Positions 45,550 through 53,913 of a stretch of 53,913 nucleotides of DNA are shown here, piece after piece. The notes below the pieces were generated by a model. It did no database searches. It was not told the DNA's origin and saw nothing but the letters and a program-made list of their open reading frames with translations. A program made the position numbers and the translations under genes. Each line of letters opens with the position of its first letter. Position 1 is the stretch's first letter. Source of the stretch: an uncultured Bacilli bacterium (lineage in GTDB: Bacteria; Bacillota_I; Bacilli_A; RFN20; CAG-826); the NCBI GenBank assembly GCA_944368945.1, contig CALVXH010000001.1, positions 1-53,913 of the forward strand, written 5' to 3'.

Positions 45550-48500
45550 ATGGAAGGCGAAAATAAACTTGTTTTAGAGATTGATGCTATTAATAAAGTA
45601 AACTATTGTCTTGTTCATAATGGTATTAAAATTATAAGCTCTATTAAACTTATTAATGAAAGTGACAAGATATATAGAAATTTAATTGTCAAAGTTCGCT
45701 TTGAACCAACTTTTGCCGATGGCTATACTTTTGAAATTTCATTTATTGACAAGAATCAATCCATTATTGAAAGAAATATTAATCTACCTATTAACTTTGA
45801 CTATTTATATTCTTTAAATGAATCTTTTAAAGCTAATTTAATTTGTGAAGTCTTTGATGGTGAAAATATTATCGCAAGTGTAATTAAACCATTAGAAGTA
45901 TTAACTTTTGACCAATGGGATGGCTCACAAGTTGCTACACAATATCTAGCTAGCTTTGTTTTGCCAAATGATAATGTAGCTAAGAAAATTTTAAAAAACG
46001 CAGAAGAAATTTTAACTTCTGAATCTACATTAAAATGCTTTTCTGGGTATATTGATGGAGATAAAAATTTAGTTATTAAAGAAGTTGGAGCTATTTATTA
46101 TGCTTTATTAAAAGAAAATATATCCTACGCTTTACCTAAACCAAGTTTTGAACTTAATGGTCAAAAAATACGTTTACCATTAGAAATAATTAATAGTAAA
46201 TTTGCAACATGTCTTGATTCAACTTTACTTTATTCAGCAATACTTGAACTTGCTGGGCTTAATTCTTTAATTATTTTAATTGATGGACATGCTTATTTAG
46301 GTGTGTGGCTAGATGATGAAAACTATCCTAGTGTTTTAATTGAGGACAAAGCTTACATTGAAAATAAAGTTAAAAATAATGAAATTATTTTAATAGAAAC
46401 AACTTTAATTACTAGTAAAGCTAGTCCAAGTTTTGAAGAAGCAATTAATGCAGGCAAGCATAATTTAAATACAAAAACAAAGACCTTCTACGCTATTGAT
46501 TTAAGAAGTGCTAGGGCAAGTCAAATTAAACCTTTACCTATATCTAGTGATGAAACTGGAAAATATATATTGGTTGATGAAAAGGACTTAGATATTAAAC
46601 CTGATTTAAATTATTCTGTTGAAAATGTGCGTATAATCGACAATAAAATTAATAAAGATAGATTTGATGTTTGGGAGAAAAAACTTTTAGATTTAACAAA
46701 TAGAAATAAATTAGTTAGTTTCGTGCCAGGCAACCAGCATTTTCAATTCTTTGCTTATGATATTTATAGATTCTTTGGTGCTTTGCTTCATGAAAACTTA
46801 CTTGTTTTAAGCGAAAAAATGGAAGTGTATAAGGAAGTTGTTGATAAAATCTTTGATGTCAATTTTTCTCAAAATAAAACAATTTTTGATAATGATATTG
46901 AAAACGAAAGAGTTAGACTACTAGTCACAGAGAAAAAGCTTCCGACAATATTGCGCAATTTACAAAGCAATGCTAAAAGTTCAATTGAAGAAAGTGGTAG
47001 CAATACATTATTTGTAACTTTCGGAACACTTTCTTACAAAGAAAAAGGAAAAGTAAGATATGCGCCTTTAATCTTAGTCCCAGTTGATATTACAAAAAAT
47101 AGTACTGGAAGAAATTATTCACTTTCAGCTCGTGATGATGAAATACTAGTTAATAATACATTATTTGAATATTTAAAAGTCAATTTCGATTTGCATTTTG
47201 ATGAGTTACGTAAAATCCCTTACGATGAGGAAAATGATTCTTACGACTTAAAATCTTATTTTGATACATTAAGAAGCAAAATTACTGGTTTAGAAGGTTG
47301 GACAGTTAGTGAAACAGCATTTATCGGCATATTTTCGTTTACTAGATTTATTATGTGGAATGATTTAAGAAATAGAAAAGAAGATCTTTTAAAGAATGAT
47401 ATTGTTAAATCTTTAGTAGATAATTCAATTCCATTTAAAAATAAGAATCAACCTGTAAATATTAATGATTTAGATTTAATTCTTGCCCCAAATAAATATG
47501 CAATTCCTTTGATGGCTGATTCTAGTCAAACTGAAGCAATCGTTGATGCAAGTAGAGGATTATCGTTTGTTTTAAATGGCCCACCAGGAACTGGCAAGTC
47601 TCAAACTATTACAAACATGATTATTAATTCATTATATAATAAAAAGACAGTACTTTTTGTTGCTCAAAAAATGGCAGCTCTTGAAGTTGTTAAAAAAAGA
47701 CTAGATGAAACTGGTTTAGGATTATTTTGCCTTGAATTACATTCAAATAAAGCGCAAAAAGCAGATGTTTTGTCACAAATTAAAAGAATTTTAGATACAG
47801 GAAAATTGAAAAAACCTGAAGAATACGATGTAATATGTGCTCGTTTATTAGAAAAAAGAAATGAATTAAATAACGATATCAAAAAGTTACATAAAAATAG
47901 CACTAATGGATTTGATTTATATGAAAACATTACTTGCTATGAAGAATATAAAGATTATTACAAAAATATTAAACTTCAAGGCATTGATTATAGTTTAATA
48001 AATAAGGATATTTACTTAGCGACTTTAAAAGAAATAGAAACGTTTATTAACTTTAAAAAAGAACTTGGAGATAAATATATTAAATTATTTAGTCCAATCA
48101 AATTAGAAGAATACTCTATTTCTTTAAGAACAGATTTTAAAGAAACTTTAGATCAATATTCAGTTTCTTTATTTAATTATTCAAGTTATCTACAAAATGT
48201 TTTGCAATCAACTAATATCACCTTGGCTCTAAATTATTCTAATTTATATAATTTATATTTGGCTGTAACTTTTTATAACTCAAAGAAAAATAATATTTAT
48301 AAAGAACTTGTTTTATCAAACGACGAAAAAGAGAAGAGTATATTAAAAGGTCTTGTTAGTAAATTAGGTGAGTTCAAATCTACTAATGATTTAATTAATA
48401 GTTCATTTAATAGAAGTGTTTTAACATTACCTTTTGATAACTTGCTTTTTAGATATGATCGTTCTTTAAATTTATCATTTTTTAGTAAGCGAAAAGAACA

Positions 48501-51261
48501 AAAAGCAATATTAAACGAATTAAAAAGATATGCTTTATTGCCAAAATCACTTAATAAAGGAGGACTATATAAATTATTAGATGATTTAAATAAGTTCTCT
48601 AACTTTTATAAAGAGTTAAAAGATAATGAAAATAGTCTTAAGCATTATTTTAAAGATGATTATAAAGAATTTGATACAGACTATTCACTTGTATTAAGTA
48701 ATATAGAAACAAGTTTAGAATTTAAAAAAGTATTCGACTCTTTTGATGCAAGTGACAAATTTAAACTTTTAGATGAAATTTCTAATAATAGTTTTGATCG
48801 TTATAGAATTATTGCTGAGAACAGCAATTCAATTGAAGATAAATTAAATACAAAATTCAAATTATCTATTAAATCATTAGGATTTACAAATTTCTTTGCA
48901 GAAACTAATAAATTTATCGAAAGTTTAAAAGAGAATCTTGAAAAACTTAAAGAATATGTTTTGTTTAATGAAGAAAAAAATAAATTAAATAAATTGCCAG
49001 TTGGAAATTTAGTTAAACTTATTCTTGAAGGTTTTGTTAAAGATGATGACGCAATTAATTTTTATAAAAAAGATATAAACTATAACTTAGCAATGCTTCG
49101 TATAAATAATGATAAAGATTTAAATTTATTTAGTGGTGCTAAAGAAAATGACACGATAGAATCTTATAGAAAATTAATTAATGAATATAATGAAATTACT
49201 ATTAAAGAAGTTGCAGCTAGATTGTCAAAATCTACTTCGCAATTCTTTAATAGTGAAAATTCAAGTTTAAGTAGTGAATTTGTAATCTTAAATAAAGCCA
49301 TATCAAATAATGGTAGAGGAATTTCATTAAGAAATTTATTTGATTCAATACCAAATATTTTACATTTAATTTGTCCTTGCTTTTTAATGTCTCCTTTATC
49401 GGTTGCTCAATATTTAGACCCTAAAAATGAACCATTTGATATAGTTATTTTTGATGAAGCAAGTCAAATTACAACTAGTGATGCAATTGGCGCTATTGCT
49501 AGAGGCAAAAGTGCAGTAATTGTTGGCGATGAAAAACAACTTCCTCCAACAAGTTTCTTCCAAGCAAATACTAGTGATGAAGATGATTTCTTTATTGAAG
49601 ACGGAGAAAGTGTTTTATCTGATTGTCTGAATATATCTATGCCTAAAAAATATCTTTCTTGGCATTATAGAAGTAAAGATGAAAGTTTAATTGCTTTCAG
49701 TAATGCTTCTTATTATGACAATAGATTATTAACATTCCCTTCACCTGAAAATATTGAAGGTGCAATTACTTATAATTATATTAGTGATGGTGTTTATGAA
49801 AATAGACGTAATAAACGTGAAGCAGAAGAAATTATTAAAGAAGTGACAAGACGTTTAAAAGATCCTATATTATCAAAAAAATCTATTGGTATTGTTACTT
49901 TCTCAATTGCTCAACAATCATTGATTGAAGAAAAGTTCCAAGAAGCATTACGTAAAGATCGTGATTTAGAAAATGCAGTTTCTTCACAAAAAGAGGAACT
50001 ATTTATCAAAAACCTTGAGAATGTTCAAGGAGATGAAAGGGATGTTATTATCTTCTCTATTTGCTATGGTCCAGGCAAAGATGGAAAAGTAAGTTTAAAC
50101 TTTGGACCTTTATCAACTAACGGTGGTGAAAAGCGATTAAATGTTGCTGTTTCTAGAGCTAGGGAAGAAATGATAATTTATACTTCTTTGCGTAGTGATA
50201 TGATTGATTTATCTAGAGCTCAAAATAGTGGATCTAGAGGATTAAAGGAATTTTTAGAATATGCTAGAAGAGGCAAGAGTTACATTTTAATTAAAAATGG
50301 TGAACAAAAAGAATATAGAGAAGGAATTGAAAAATATATTGCTAGAGACCTTGAGGCTAGAGGATATAAATGTAATATTAATGTCGGAACTAGCGATTTT
50401 AGAGTTGATATTGGTGTTATAAGTAAAGAAGATCCTAATAAGTATTCATTAGGCATTTTGTGTGATTCAAAATCTTACATTGAAAGTAAAACTGCTAAAG
50501 ATCGTAATGTTACTCAAAAAGCAGTTTTAAATCGACTTGGCTGGAAAATTATTAGAATTTGGTCACTTGACTATTTCGATTCACCAAATTATGTAATTGA
50601 TAAGATTGTTGAGGCAATAAATAATCCTCATTTTGATGAATCCCAAAATGATGCTAGGATTCCTCACATTTCTTTTGAAAAATCTGATGAAGTAGTATCT
50701 ATGAATCACGCTATTGATTATGTATCAACTGGATATATTAAAAAGAGCGATGATAGTGATAATTTCTTTATGTTTTTAGATGAGGTTAAAAACGTCTGCA
50801 ATTTCTTTATTAAAAATGAGGCACCTATAAGTTATAGATTATTAGTTAAAAAGGTATTAGATCATTATAATATTTCAAAAAATTCCGCAAAAACTAGAGA
50901 AGTATTTTATAAGGTACTTAATGGATATAAAGTCACATATACTGGTGATGTTCCATTTTATTGGAGCGATGAGTTACAATATTTAAGCTTAAGTAAATAT
51001 CGTGTTGGTGGTGAAAGAGAGTTTATTGATATTCCTAAAGAAGAATTATTAATTGCTATTAGCGATATCATGAAAAAGAAATTATCTCTTAATGAAGTAG
51101 AACTCACTAAGGAATTAACAAACTGCTTTGGATTTACAAAAGTTGGTGATACCATTAAAAATGTTGTCGATATTGCAATTCAATATGCTTTAGAGAAAAA
51201 AGTAATTAGAGAAGAAAATGGAGCGTATTATTATATAGCGCCAACAAGAGTAGAAAGGTAA
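45550..51261 (+). CDS. 1903-aa multidomain protein: transglutaminase-like N-terminal region, DUF4011-like region, Upf1-like SF1 helicase, Vsr/DUF559-like PD-(D/E)xK nuclease, DUF3320-like C-terminus (Hhe-like defence helicase-nuclease)
   Basis: ATCLDS...GHAYLGVW (C221/H247); WEKKLLDLTNRNKLVSF; GPPGTGKS (G677, nt 47578); IFDEASQ (D1302, nt 49453); VGDEKQLPP; WHYRS; VQGDERDVIIFS; NVAVSRAR; FRVDIGV...LGILCDSKSY...RIWSLDYF; NEAPISYRLLVKKV. Confidence 0.8.
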   Translation: MEGENKLVLEIDAINKVNYCLVHNGIKIISSIKLINESDKIYRNLIVKVRFEPTFADGYTFEISFIDKNQSIIERNINLPINFDYLYSLNESFKANLICEVFDGENIIASVIKPLEVLTFDQWDGSQVATQYLASFVLPNDNVAKKILKNAEEILTSESTLKCFSGYIDGDKNLVIKEVGAIYYALLKENISYALPKPSFELNGQKIRLPLEIINSKFATCLDSTLLYSAILELAGLNSLIILIDGHAYLGVWLDDENYPSVLIEDKAYIENKVKNNEIILIETTLITSKASPSFEEAINAGKHNLNTKTKTFYAIDLRSARASQIKPLPISSDETGKYILVDEKDLDIKPDLNYSVENVRIIDNKINKDRFDVWEKKLLDLTNRNKLVSFVPGNQHFQFFAYDIYRFFGALLHENLLVLSEKMEVYKEVVDKIFDVNFSQNKTIFDNDIENERVRLLVTEKKLPTILRNLQSNAKSSIEESGSNTLFVTFGTLSYKEKGKVRYAPLILVPVDITKNSTGRNYSLSARDDEILVNNTLFEYLKVNFDLHFDELRKIPYDEENDSYDLKSYFDTLRSKITGLEGWTVSETAFIGIFSFTRFIMWNDLRNRKEDLLKNDIVKSLVDNSIPFKNKNQPVNINDLDLILAPNKYAIPLMADSSQTEAIVDASRGLSFVLNGPPGTGKSQTITNMIINSLYNKKTVLFVAQKMAALEVVKKRLDETGLGLFCLELHSNKAQKADVLSQIKRILDTGKLKKPEEYDVICARLLEKRNELNNDIKKLHKNSTNGFDLYENITCYEEYKDYYKNIKLQGIDYSLINKDIYLATLKEIETFINFKKELGDKYIKLFSPIKLEEYSISLRTDFKETLDQYSVSLFNYSSYLQNVLQSTNITLALNYSNLYNLYLAVTFYNSKKNNIYKELVLSNDEKEKSILKGLVSKLGEFKSTNDLINSSFNRSVLTLPFDNLLFRYDRSLNLSFFSKRKEQKAILNELKRYALLPKSLNKGGLYKLLDDLNKFSNFYKELKDNENSLKHYFKDDYKEFDTDYSLVLSNIETSLEFKKVFDSFDASDKFKLLDEISNNSFDRYRIIAENSNSIEDKLNTKFKLSIKSLGFTNFFAETNKFIESLKENLEKLKEYVLFNEEKNKLNKLPVGNLVKLILEGFVKDDDAINFYKKDINYNLAMLRINNDKDLNLFSGAKENDTIESYRKLINEYNEITIKEVAARLSKSTSQFFNSENSSLSSEFVILNKAISNNGRGISLRNLFDSIPNILHLICPCFLMSPLSVAQYLDPKNEPFDIVIFDEASQITTSDAIGAIARGKSAVIVGDEKQLPPTSFFQANTSDEDDFFIEDGESVLSDCLNISMPKKYLSWHYRSKDESLIAFSNASYYDNRLLTFPSPENIEGAITYNYISDGVYENRRNKREAEEIIKEVTRRLKDPILSKKSIGIVTFSIAQQSLIEEKFQEALRKDRDLENAVSSQKEELFIKNLENVQGDERDVIIFSICYGPGKDGKVSLNFGPLSTNGGEKRLNVAVSRAREEMIIYTSLRSDMIDLSRAQNSGSRGLKEFLEYARRGKSYILIKNGEQKEYREGIEKYIARDLEARGYKCNINVGTSDFRVDIGVISKEDPNKYSLGILCDSKSYIESKTAKDRNVTQKAVLNRLGWKIIRIWSLDYFDSPNYVIDKIVEAINNPHFDESQNDARIPHISFEKSDEVVSMNHAIDYVSTGYIKKSDDSDNFFMFLDEVKNVCNFFIKNEAPISYRLLVKKVLDHYNISKNSAKTREVFYKVLNGYKVTYTGDVPFYWSDELQYLSLSKYRVGGEREFIDIPKEELLIAISDIMKKKLSLNEVELTKELTNCFGFTKVGDTIKNVVDIAIQYALEKKVIREENGAYYYIAPTRVER

Positions 51262-51266
51262 TAAGT

Positions 51267-52145
51267 ATGAAAGTTATTTGCCCTCGTTGTGGAAATATTA
51301 TTGAAATATCTAAAAAAGATAAGACTTGTTTTTGCTCAGAATGTGGTAATAATTTTTCTAAGGAGCAAGGTCAAGAAGCCATTAGTAGAAAGTATAAGTC
51401 GCTTCAAAATTTAGCTTATCGTCTTGCTTATGATAGATTAGATTATGAAGGAGCAATTCAAGCATACAAAGAGTCACTAGAACTTAAAAGTAATGATTTT
51501 TCTTCTATAATTGGTATTATTTTATGCAAATTATATGGTCAAACATTTGATAAACTTGAATTTAAGGAAATTATTAATATTTTAAATTCATATGACATTA
51601 GTTTAAATAATGAGAATACTTTTATTTATTTAAACTTTATTAAAGATGTTCTAGGACAAGTAAATGTTTTTTATGAAGAATCTACATCCAGGCTTATGAA
51701 AGATGGAAAATTTATTAATTCTCAATATAAGACATACTTTTTAGATGGGCTTAAAGATATTCATGAAGCTTTATTATTCTTAAAAGATAATTTAAGCATT
51801 TGCTATGAACCTGAAGTTAAAGAATTTAGTGAAAGTGACGATACTTTGAAAAATTTAGATTTAGTTATTAGTAAAGTTGAAGATGACTTAAATAAAGATT
51901 TCGAAGTAGAAAATGAAGAAACCACACTTGATGATTTATCTGTGATTATTGTTGATGAAAAAGATAGAAATAAATTAACAAAATTTTATATTGTTTGTGG
52001 AGGCATCATAGTACTTGCAATTATTATACTTATTTTAGGAAGTGCTTTAAAAAATTATTTAATTTATATAGCACTAGTAGTTCCGATCATATTAGGTATT
52101 GGTGCTTTTGTTTATTTTAAAAAATACTTTAATTTAAAAAAATAA
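51267..52145 (+). CDS. Zinc-ribbon / helical-repeat protein with two C-terminal TM helices, co-operonic with the giant helicase
   Basis: CPRCGN...CFCSECGN zinc ribbon, TPR-like helical middle, and C-terminal hydrophobic segments IVCGGIIVLAIIILILG and LIYIALVVPIILGIGAFVY. Starts 5 nt after the upstream stop. Confidence 0.65.
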   Translation: MKVICPRCGNIIEISKKDKTCFCSECGNNFSKEQGQEAISRKYKSLQNLAYRLAYDRLDYEGAIQAYKESLELKSNDFSSIIGIILCKLYGQTFDKLEFKEIINILNSYDISLNNENTFIYLNFIKDVLGQVNVFYEESTSRLMKDGKFINSQYKTYFLDGLKDIHEALLFLKDNLSICYEPEVKEFSESDDTLKNLDLVISKVEDDLNKDFEVENEETTLDDLSVIIVDEKDRNKLTKFYIVCGGIIVLAIIILILGSALKNYLIYIALVVPIILGIGAFVYFKKYFNLKK

Positions 52146-52167
52146 GGATTTGCTCCTTATTTTTTTA
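52136..52167. terminator. Bidirectional rho-independent terminator
   Basis: Stem ataagga/tccttat (52142-52148 / 52154-52160) flanked by A- and T-runs, between convergent genes. Confidence 0.75.
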
Positions 52168-52752
52168 TAGATAATTATTTATTTTTAAATATGATAATAA
52201 TTCTTTAGCTGCATTATATCTATGTGAGATTTTATTTTTCTCTTCAGGCTTTAGCGTTGAAACACTGCAATCATATCCATCTGGTACAAATATTGGATCA
52301 TATCCAAAGCCGTTAACTCCTTCAACTTTGTTATTTATTTTGCCATACATATGTCCAGTAAAATCTAATCTTTGGCCAGGTTTTAAATTTAATAAAACGA
52401 AGTGTGAAGTGAATATAGCTTTGCTATTAGCACATGTTTGAGTAAGTTTTAAATTAAGTGCTTCTTGCCCGCCATTTTCTAATGCATATCGATGTGAATA
52501 TATTCCAGGGAAATGTTCACCTAATTTTTCAATTTCAATGCCTGAATCATCACTTAAGACAGGTAAATCTGTATATTTAGAAACTGCATTAGCTTTTATA
52601 AAAGCGTTTTCAGCATAAGTCTTACCATTTTCTTCTGGATCAACTTTAATACCAACATCTTTTAAAGAATAGAGAATGACACTATTAGATAACATTGCTC
52701 TTAGCTCTTGAATTTTATGTGTGTTATTAGTAGCAACAACAATTTTTAACAT
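52165..52752 (-). CDS. rdgB: dITP/XTP pyrophosphatase (RdgB/HAM1 family)
   Basis: IVVATNNTHKIQE...SDDSGIEI...GFGYDPIF...SHR. Confidence 0.92.
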   Translation of the reverse strand: MLKIVVATNNTHKIQELRAMLSNSVILYSLKDVGIKVDPEENGKTYAENAFIKANAVSKYTDLPVLSDDSGIEIEKLGEHFPGIYSHRYALENGGQEALNLKLTQTCANSKAIFTSHFVLLNLKPGQRLDFTGHMYGKINNKVEGVNGFGYDPIFVPDGYDCSVSTLKPEEKNKISHRYNAAKELLSYLKINNYL

Positions 52753-53030
52753 ATAAAAACCTCTTTTAAATTAATACTACAATCTAGAATTTAAACTTAT
52801 AAAAGTTTAATAATTTTAAGACCTTGTAAGTTTATAAAATAGGTTAGTTAATGTCAATAACTATAGTAATTATCATTCCTTTTATATTATGAATATGATA
52901 TTGATATTTAATATTTAAAATAAGAAATAACATAAAAATATATTCTTAAGTTATTTTTAAAAAATCAATTTATGCAAAATATAAAAGTATTATTTAATAT
53001 TTTTTTACTAGTTTAATAATTAATCCTTAA

Positions 53031-53667
53031 CACAAAACAAGAAGTCGAGATAATGTTACTAATTTTCTTAACGGATATGAAGGCTATTTGCTAACTGATG
53101 GATATAGCGGATATAAAAATATAGCCGGTATAACAAATGCGTATTGTCGGGCTCATGCAAGAAGAAAGTTTGTTGAAATATTAAAAACACTTACTGCTAA
53201 ACAACAAAAAGAAAGCGTTTCACTAAAAATTGTAAAATTGATTGATAAATTGTTTGTAAAAGAAGCTCAATTTAAGAAGAATCTTTATGGTCCTCAAAAA
53301 AATACTTGAAATGAGAAATGAACCTGAATACATAGAAATCATAGATTCTATATTTAAAATATTAAAAGATACAGACCCAAGTAAAGGTTCAGCTTTAGAG
53401 AATGCATTTAAATATATTCTAGATAGAGAAGGTGGCTTTAGATCTTTCCTTAGTGATGGCCATATTGAACTTAGCAATAATATCTCTGAAAGAGCTATAA
53501 AACCTTTCGTAATTGCTAGGAAAAACTTTTTGTTTTCCAATACAGAAAACGGAGCTGAAAGTAGCTTAATTTATTTTTCAATTCAGCAAACAGCAAGAGC
53601 AAATAATTTAGATCCAATTAAGTACATAGAAAAGTTAATAAATATTTTATGTACTAAAATACAATAA
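53031..53667 (+). pseudogene. IS66-family transposase, 5'-truncated and frameshifted remnant
   Basis: NGYEGYLLTDGYSGY...AYCRAHARRKF (the DGYxGY...C.AH.RR.F signature). The reading frame switches from the 53088 frame to the 53287 frame around the A7 run near 53298-53304. Only about the C-terminal 200 aa is present. Confidence 0.8.
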
Positions 53668-53756
53668 CAGATGAACTTCTCGAAAGTTTATTACCTCGGA
53701 ATATAAAAATTGAATAATTATTATTTAGATTCGAACGGTTCAAATTTTACGCTTAC
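53031..53756 (+). mobile_element. Decayed IS66-family element, right part only
   Basis: The transposase remnant plus a terminal ...TTTTACGCTTAC at 53745-53756. Its reverse complement GTAAGCG is the typical IS66 terminal sequence. No left end or tnpA/tnpB accessory ORFs are present. Confidence 0.65.
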
Positions 53757-53796
53757 GCCTTAAATAACTAATTTATTTTTTATTAATTTATTAAAT

Positions 53797-53822
53797 AAAA
53801 AAACACGATGATTAACACCGTG
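53797..53822 (-). terminator. Rho-independent terminator of tRNA-Gly
   Basis: On the minus strand: stem cacggtg/catcgtg (one G-U pair), loop ttaat, followed by T7. Confidence 0.7.
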
Positions 53823-53836
53823 CATATTCTTTAAAC

Positions 53837-53910
53837 TGGAGCAGGTGACGGGAATCGAACCCGCGTAATCAGCTTGGAAGGCTGATGCTCTACCATTAAA
53901 CTACACCTGC
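53837..53910 (-). tRNA. tRNA-Gly: tRNA-Gly (anticodon UCC), CCA encoded
   Basis: Hand-folded cloverleaf. Acceptor GCAGGTG/CACCTGC, anticodon stem TCAGC/GCTGA with loop CT-TCC-AA, T arm GCGGG-TTCGATT-CCCGT, discriminator T, CCA. Confidence 0.9.
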
Positions 53911-53913
53911 GCG

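Noticed and set aside
45550-51261. Possibility that the 5.7-kb ORF is an assembly fusion of several genes.
   Set aside because: It has a single continuous frame with no internal SD-ATG junctions at domain boundaries. Stop codons are abundant in the other five frames. The domain order matches a recurrent single-polypeptide architecture.
52753-53030. 280-bp AT-rich gap between rdgB and the IS66 remnant, examined for ORFs, repeats and RNA genes.
   Set aside because: There is no stop-free frame of useful length, no convincing hairpins or repeats, and no promoter-terminator pair. It is most simply degenerate DNA left by deletion of the IS66 left part.
23104-53540. Other shadow ORFs: 23104-23301(+), 25965-26264(-), 29022-29225(-), 34571-34756(-), 36386-36598(-), 37145-37366(-), 42005-42193(-), 47664-47930(-), 50958-51155(-), 53223-53540(-).
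   Set aside because: All are nested in longer ORFs with recognisable family motifs (rnj, whiA, SIR2-like, rimO, ABC, helicase, IS66 remnant) on the other strand or frame.

Overview
Low-GC, AT-rich chromosome segment from a wall-less or low-GC Firmicutes/Mollicutes-like organism. It uses the standard code: TGA is a stop (malQ and the HAD gene both end in TGA) and TGG encodes Trp. Gene content (WhiA, Spx, RNase J, YlbF-RsmD-CoaD, Spx-CYTH-NadK synteny) suggests Acholeplasma or Erysipelotrichia, but that is inference only. Layout: (1) 1-2.1 kb holds a processive GT2 synthase and queH. (2) 2.25-17.3 kb holds a complete S10-spc-alpha ribosomal superoperon, rpsJ to rplQ, including secY, adk, map, infA, rpoA and an rpmJ gene missed by the ORF track. 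It has no rpmD, a structured leader, and several r-proteins with Lys/Ala/Thr-rich extensions. (3) 17.3-33.5 kb is housekeeping plus small unknowns: HAD, spx, CYTH, nadK, maf, rnj, def, rsmD, coaD, yitT-like, whiA, XRE, and an ArsR/HMA/P1B-ATPase metal operon. (4) 33.5-53.9 kb is a mosaic of housekeeping genes (malQ, rimO, an ABC transporter, mgsA, rdgB) and accessory or defence-like modules. These modules are a standalone SIR2-like protein with a novel N-terminal domain; a TnpB-family nuclease gene translationally coupled to an unknown protein and a DUF3800-like protein, followed by an orphan promoter-plus-terminator small-RNA candidate and tRNA-Thr; a 1903-aa Hhe-like helicase/PD-(D/E)xK nuclease with a zinc-ribbon membrane partner; and a decayed IS66 copy next to tRNA-Gly. 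My best candidate for an undescribed system is the TnpB-led three-gene operon plus the adjacent sRNA candidate (37846-40398). All calls come from reading the sequence and recalling family motifs. No searches were run.
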